Shown in pieces: positions 63,055 to 64,000 of a stretch of 64,000 bases of DNA; position 1 is the first letter of the stretch, and every line of letters begins with the position of its first letter. Made by a program: the position numbers and the translations under genes. The notes under the pieces were generated by a model that worked only from the letters and a program-made list of their open reading frames with translations, did not search any database and was not told the DNA's origin. Source of the DNA: the human T2T-CHM13v2.0 reference genome, Homo sapiens; assembly GCF_009914755.1 (NCBI RefSeq), contig NC_060941.1, one strand, 5' to 3'.

Positions 63055-63761
63055 GTAGGAACCCAGGCAGGCAGCAGATGTGGAAGGGGGCTGGCTGTCC
63101 ACACACGGAGCACAGAGGCAGACTTGCATTTGAATCCAGCCCTGCCCCTTCCTTGCTGGCTGTGTGGCCTTGAGCAAGATACTTAACCTTTCTGGGCCTT
63201 GGTTTTCTCATCTGAAAATGGGAATATGAGGCCTGCCTGGTAAGATTTTTGTGAAGATTAGAAATAACATATGCGAAGTGCTTACGCAGCATCCAGCACA
63301 TTAGTTACTAAATAATGGCAGCTCCTGTTACGTCTGGTGTCATTCATCATGACTAAGGCCCTCTCGGGGAAGTGGGCAGAACATATGATGATCCGGGGGC
63401 CTCTTTGTATTTGGTGCCTACTTACCATGTACTGGGGGGCTTGAGGCAGGAAGGACCAGGAGCACCTGGGACTCAGAATTTGAGCTTGTCTTTTTGCCCT
63501 TGGGCTTCCTGCCCTGGAGTCCTCAGGCTTCTTTTCTGGAGCAGCAAGTGTCCAGGGACAGCTGGGGCCTTATCTAGAGGCACCAGGTCCTTGGGTCTTT
63601 GACTGCCCTGAGCTCAGTAGCTCCACCCCTCAGCCTACAGCCACTAAACCCCAGAACCTGGGCCCTTCCCTGCCCCCATTCCTGCGGCCTTCATTGCTGC
63701 ATCCGGTGGAGGCCCAGCTGGGGGCCGGTGCTGGAGTTACCTCTGCTCCATGCCATTGCAG

Positions 63762-63862
63762 ATGGACAGATGGTTCCATTATAAACTTCATCTCCTGGGC
63801 ACCAGGCAAACCTCGGCCTGTCGGCAAGGACAAGAAGTGCGTGTACATGACAGCCAGCCGAG
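63762..63862 (+). CDS. MRC2: MRC2 exon 19 (CTLD5), 101 nt
   Basis: cattgcag|A TGG ACA GAT...CGA G|gtgagg. Confidence 0.95.
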
Positions 63863-64000
63863 GTGAGGGCAAGGTGGGGGCAGAGTGCGCAGTCAGCTGT
63901 GCAGAGGGTTGATGCTGGGCGAGCCTGGGCAGAAGTCATCAGTCTGTTCTCATTCTCTTTGTTCCCACAACCCAATAAAGGCTAGACTCAGCGAGGGGTG

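Noticed and set aside
62339-63301. 320-aa minus-strand ORF, the longest in the window
   Set aside because: It is antisense to MRC2 exons 16-18 in a CpG island, its N-terminal part derives from MIR-like sequence, and it has no recognisable domain; long open frames are expected at this GC content.

Overview
Human (primate, very Alu-dense) genomic DNA containing the 5' two-thirds of MRC2 (C-type mannose receptor 2 / Endo180 / uPARAP / CD280) on the + strand. It holds about 9.6 kb of upstream sequence, a TATA-less CpG-island promoter, and coding exons 1-19. I placed the exons by hand using GT/AG boundaries and frame continuity: 2803 coding nt, 934 codons plus 1 nt, covering signal peptide, Cys-rich/ricin-B domain, fibronectin type II domain, CTLD1-4 and most of CTLD5. 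The gene continues past the window end. Intron 1 is 36.6 kb. The non-coding sequence holds dozens of Alus, ERV/MaLR LTRs (MER41B-like, MSTB-like, MLT1-like), L1 and MER5 relics and microsatellites. This is a known gene and I see no new protein-coding system; nearly all ORFs in the supplied track are Alu or GC-richness artefacts. The best leads are cis-regulatory and splicing hypotheses. (1) A MER41B LTR with two intact STAT GAS sites. (2) A perfect PBX/PREP decamer 11 bp from a CCAAT box in intron 6, a candidate internal promoter. (3) A consensus-like AluYa5 that forms an inverted-Alu pair around the 3n, stop-free exon 2. (4) An in-frame YSRGGC echo of exon 12 at the start of intron 10. (5) A 3n stop-free intron 14. 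(6) A possible intronic-polyadenylation route to a soluble receptor after exon 19. Repeat family names and repeat boundaries come from recalled consensus sequences and are approximate; nothing was checked against a database.
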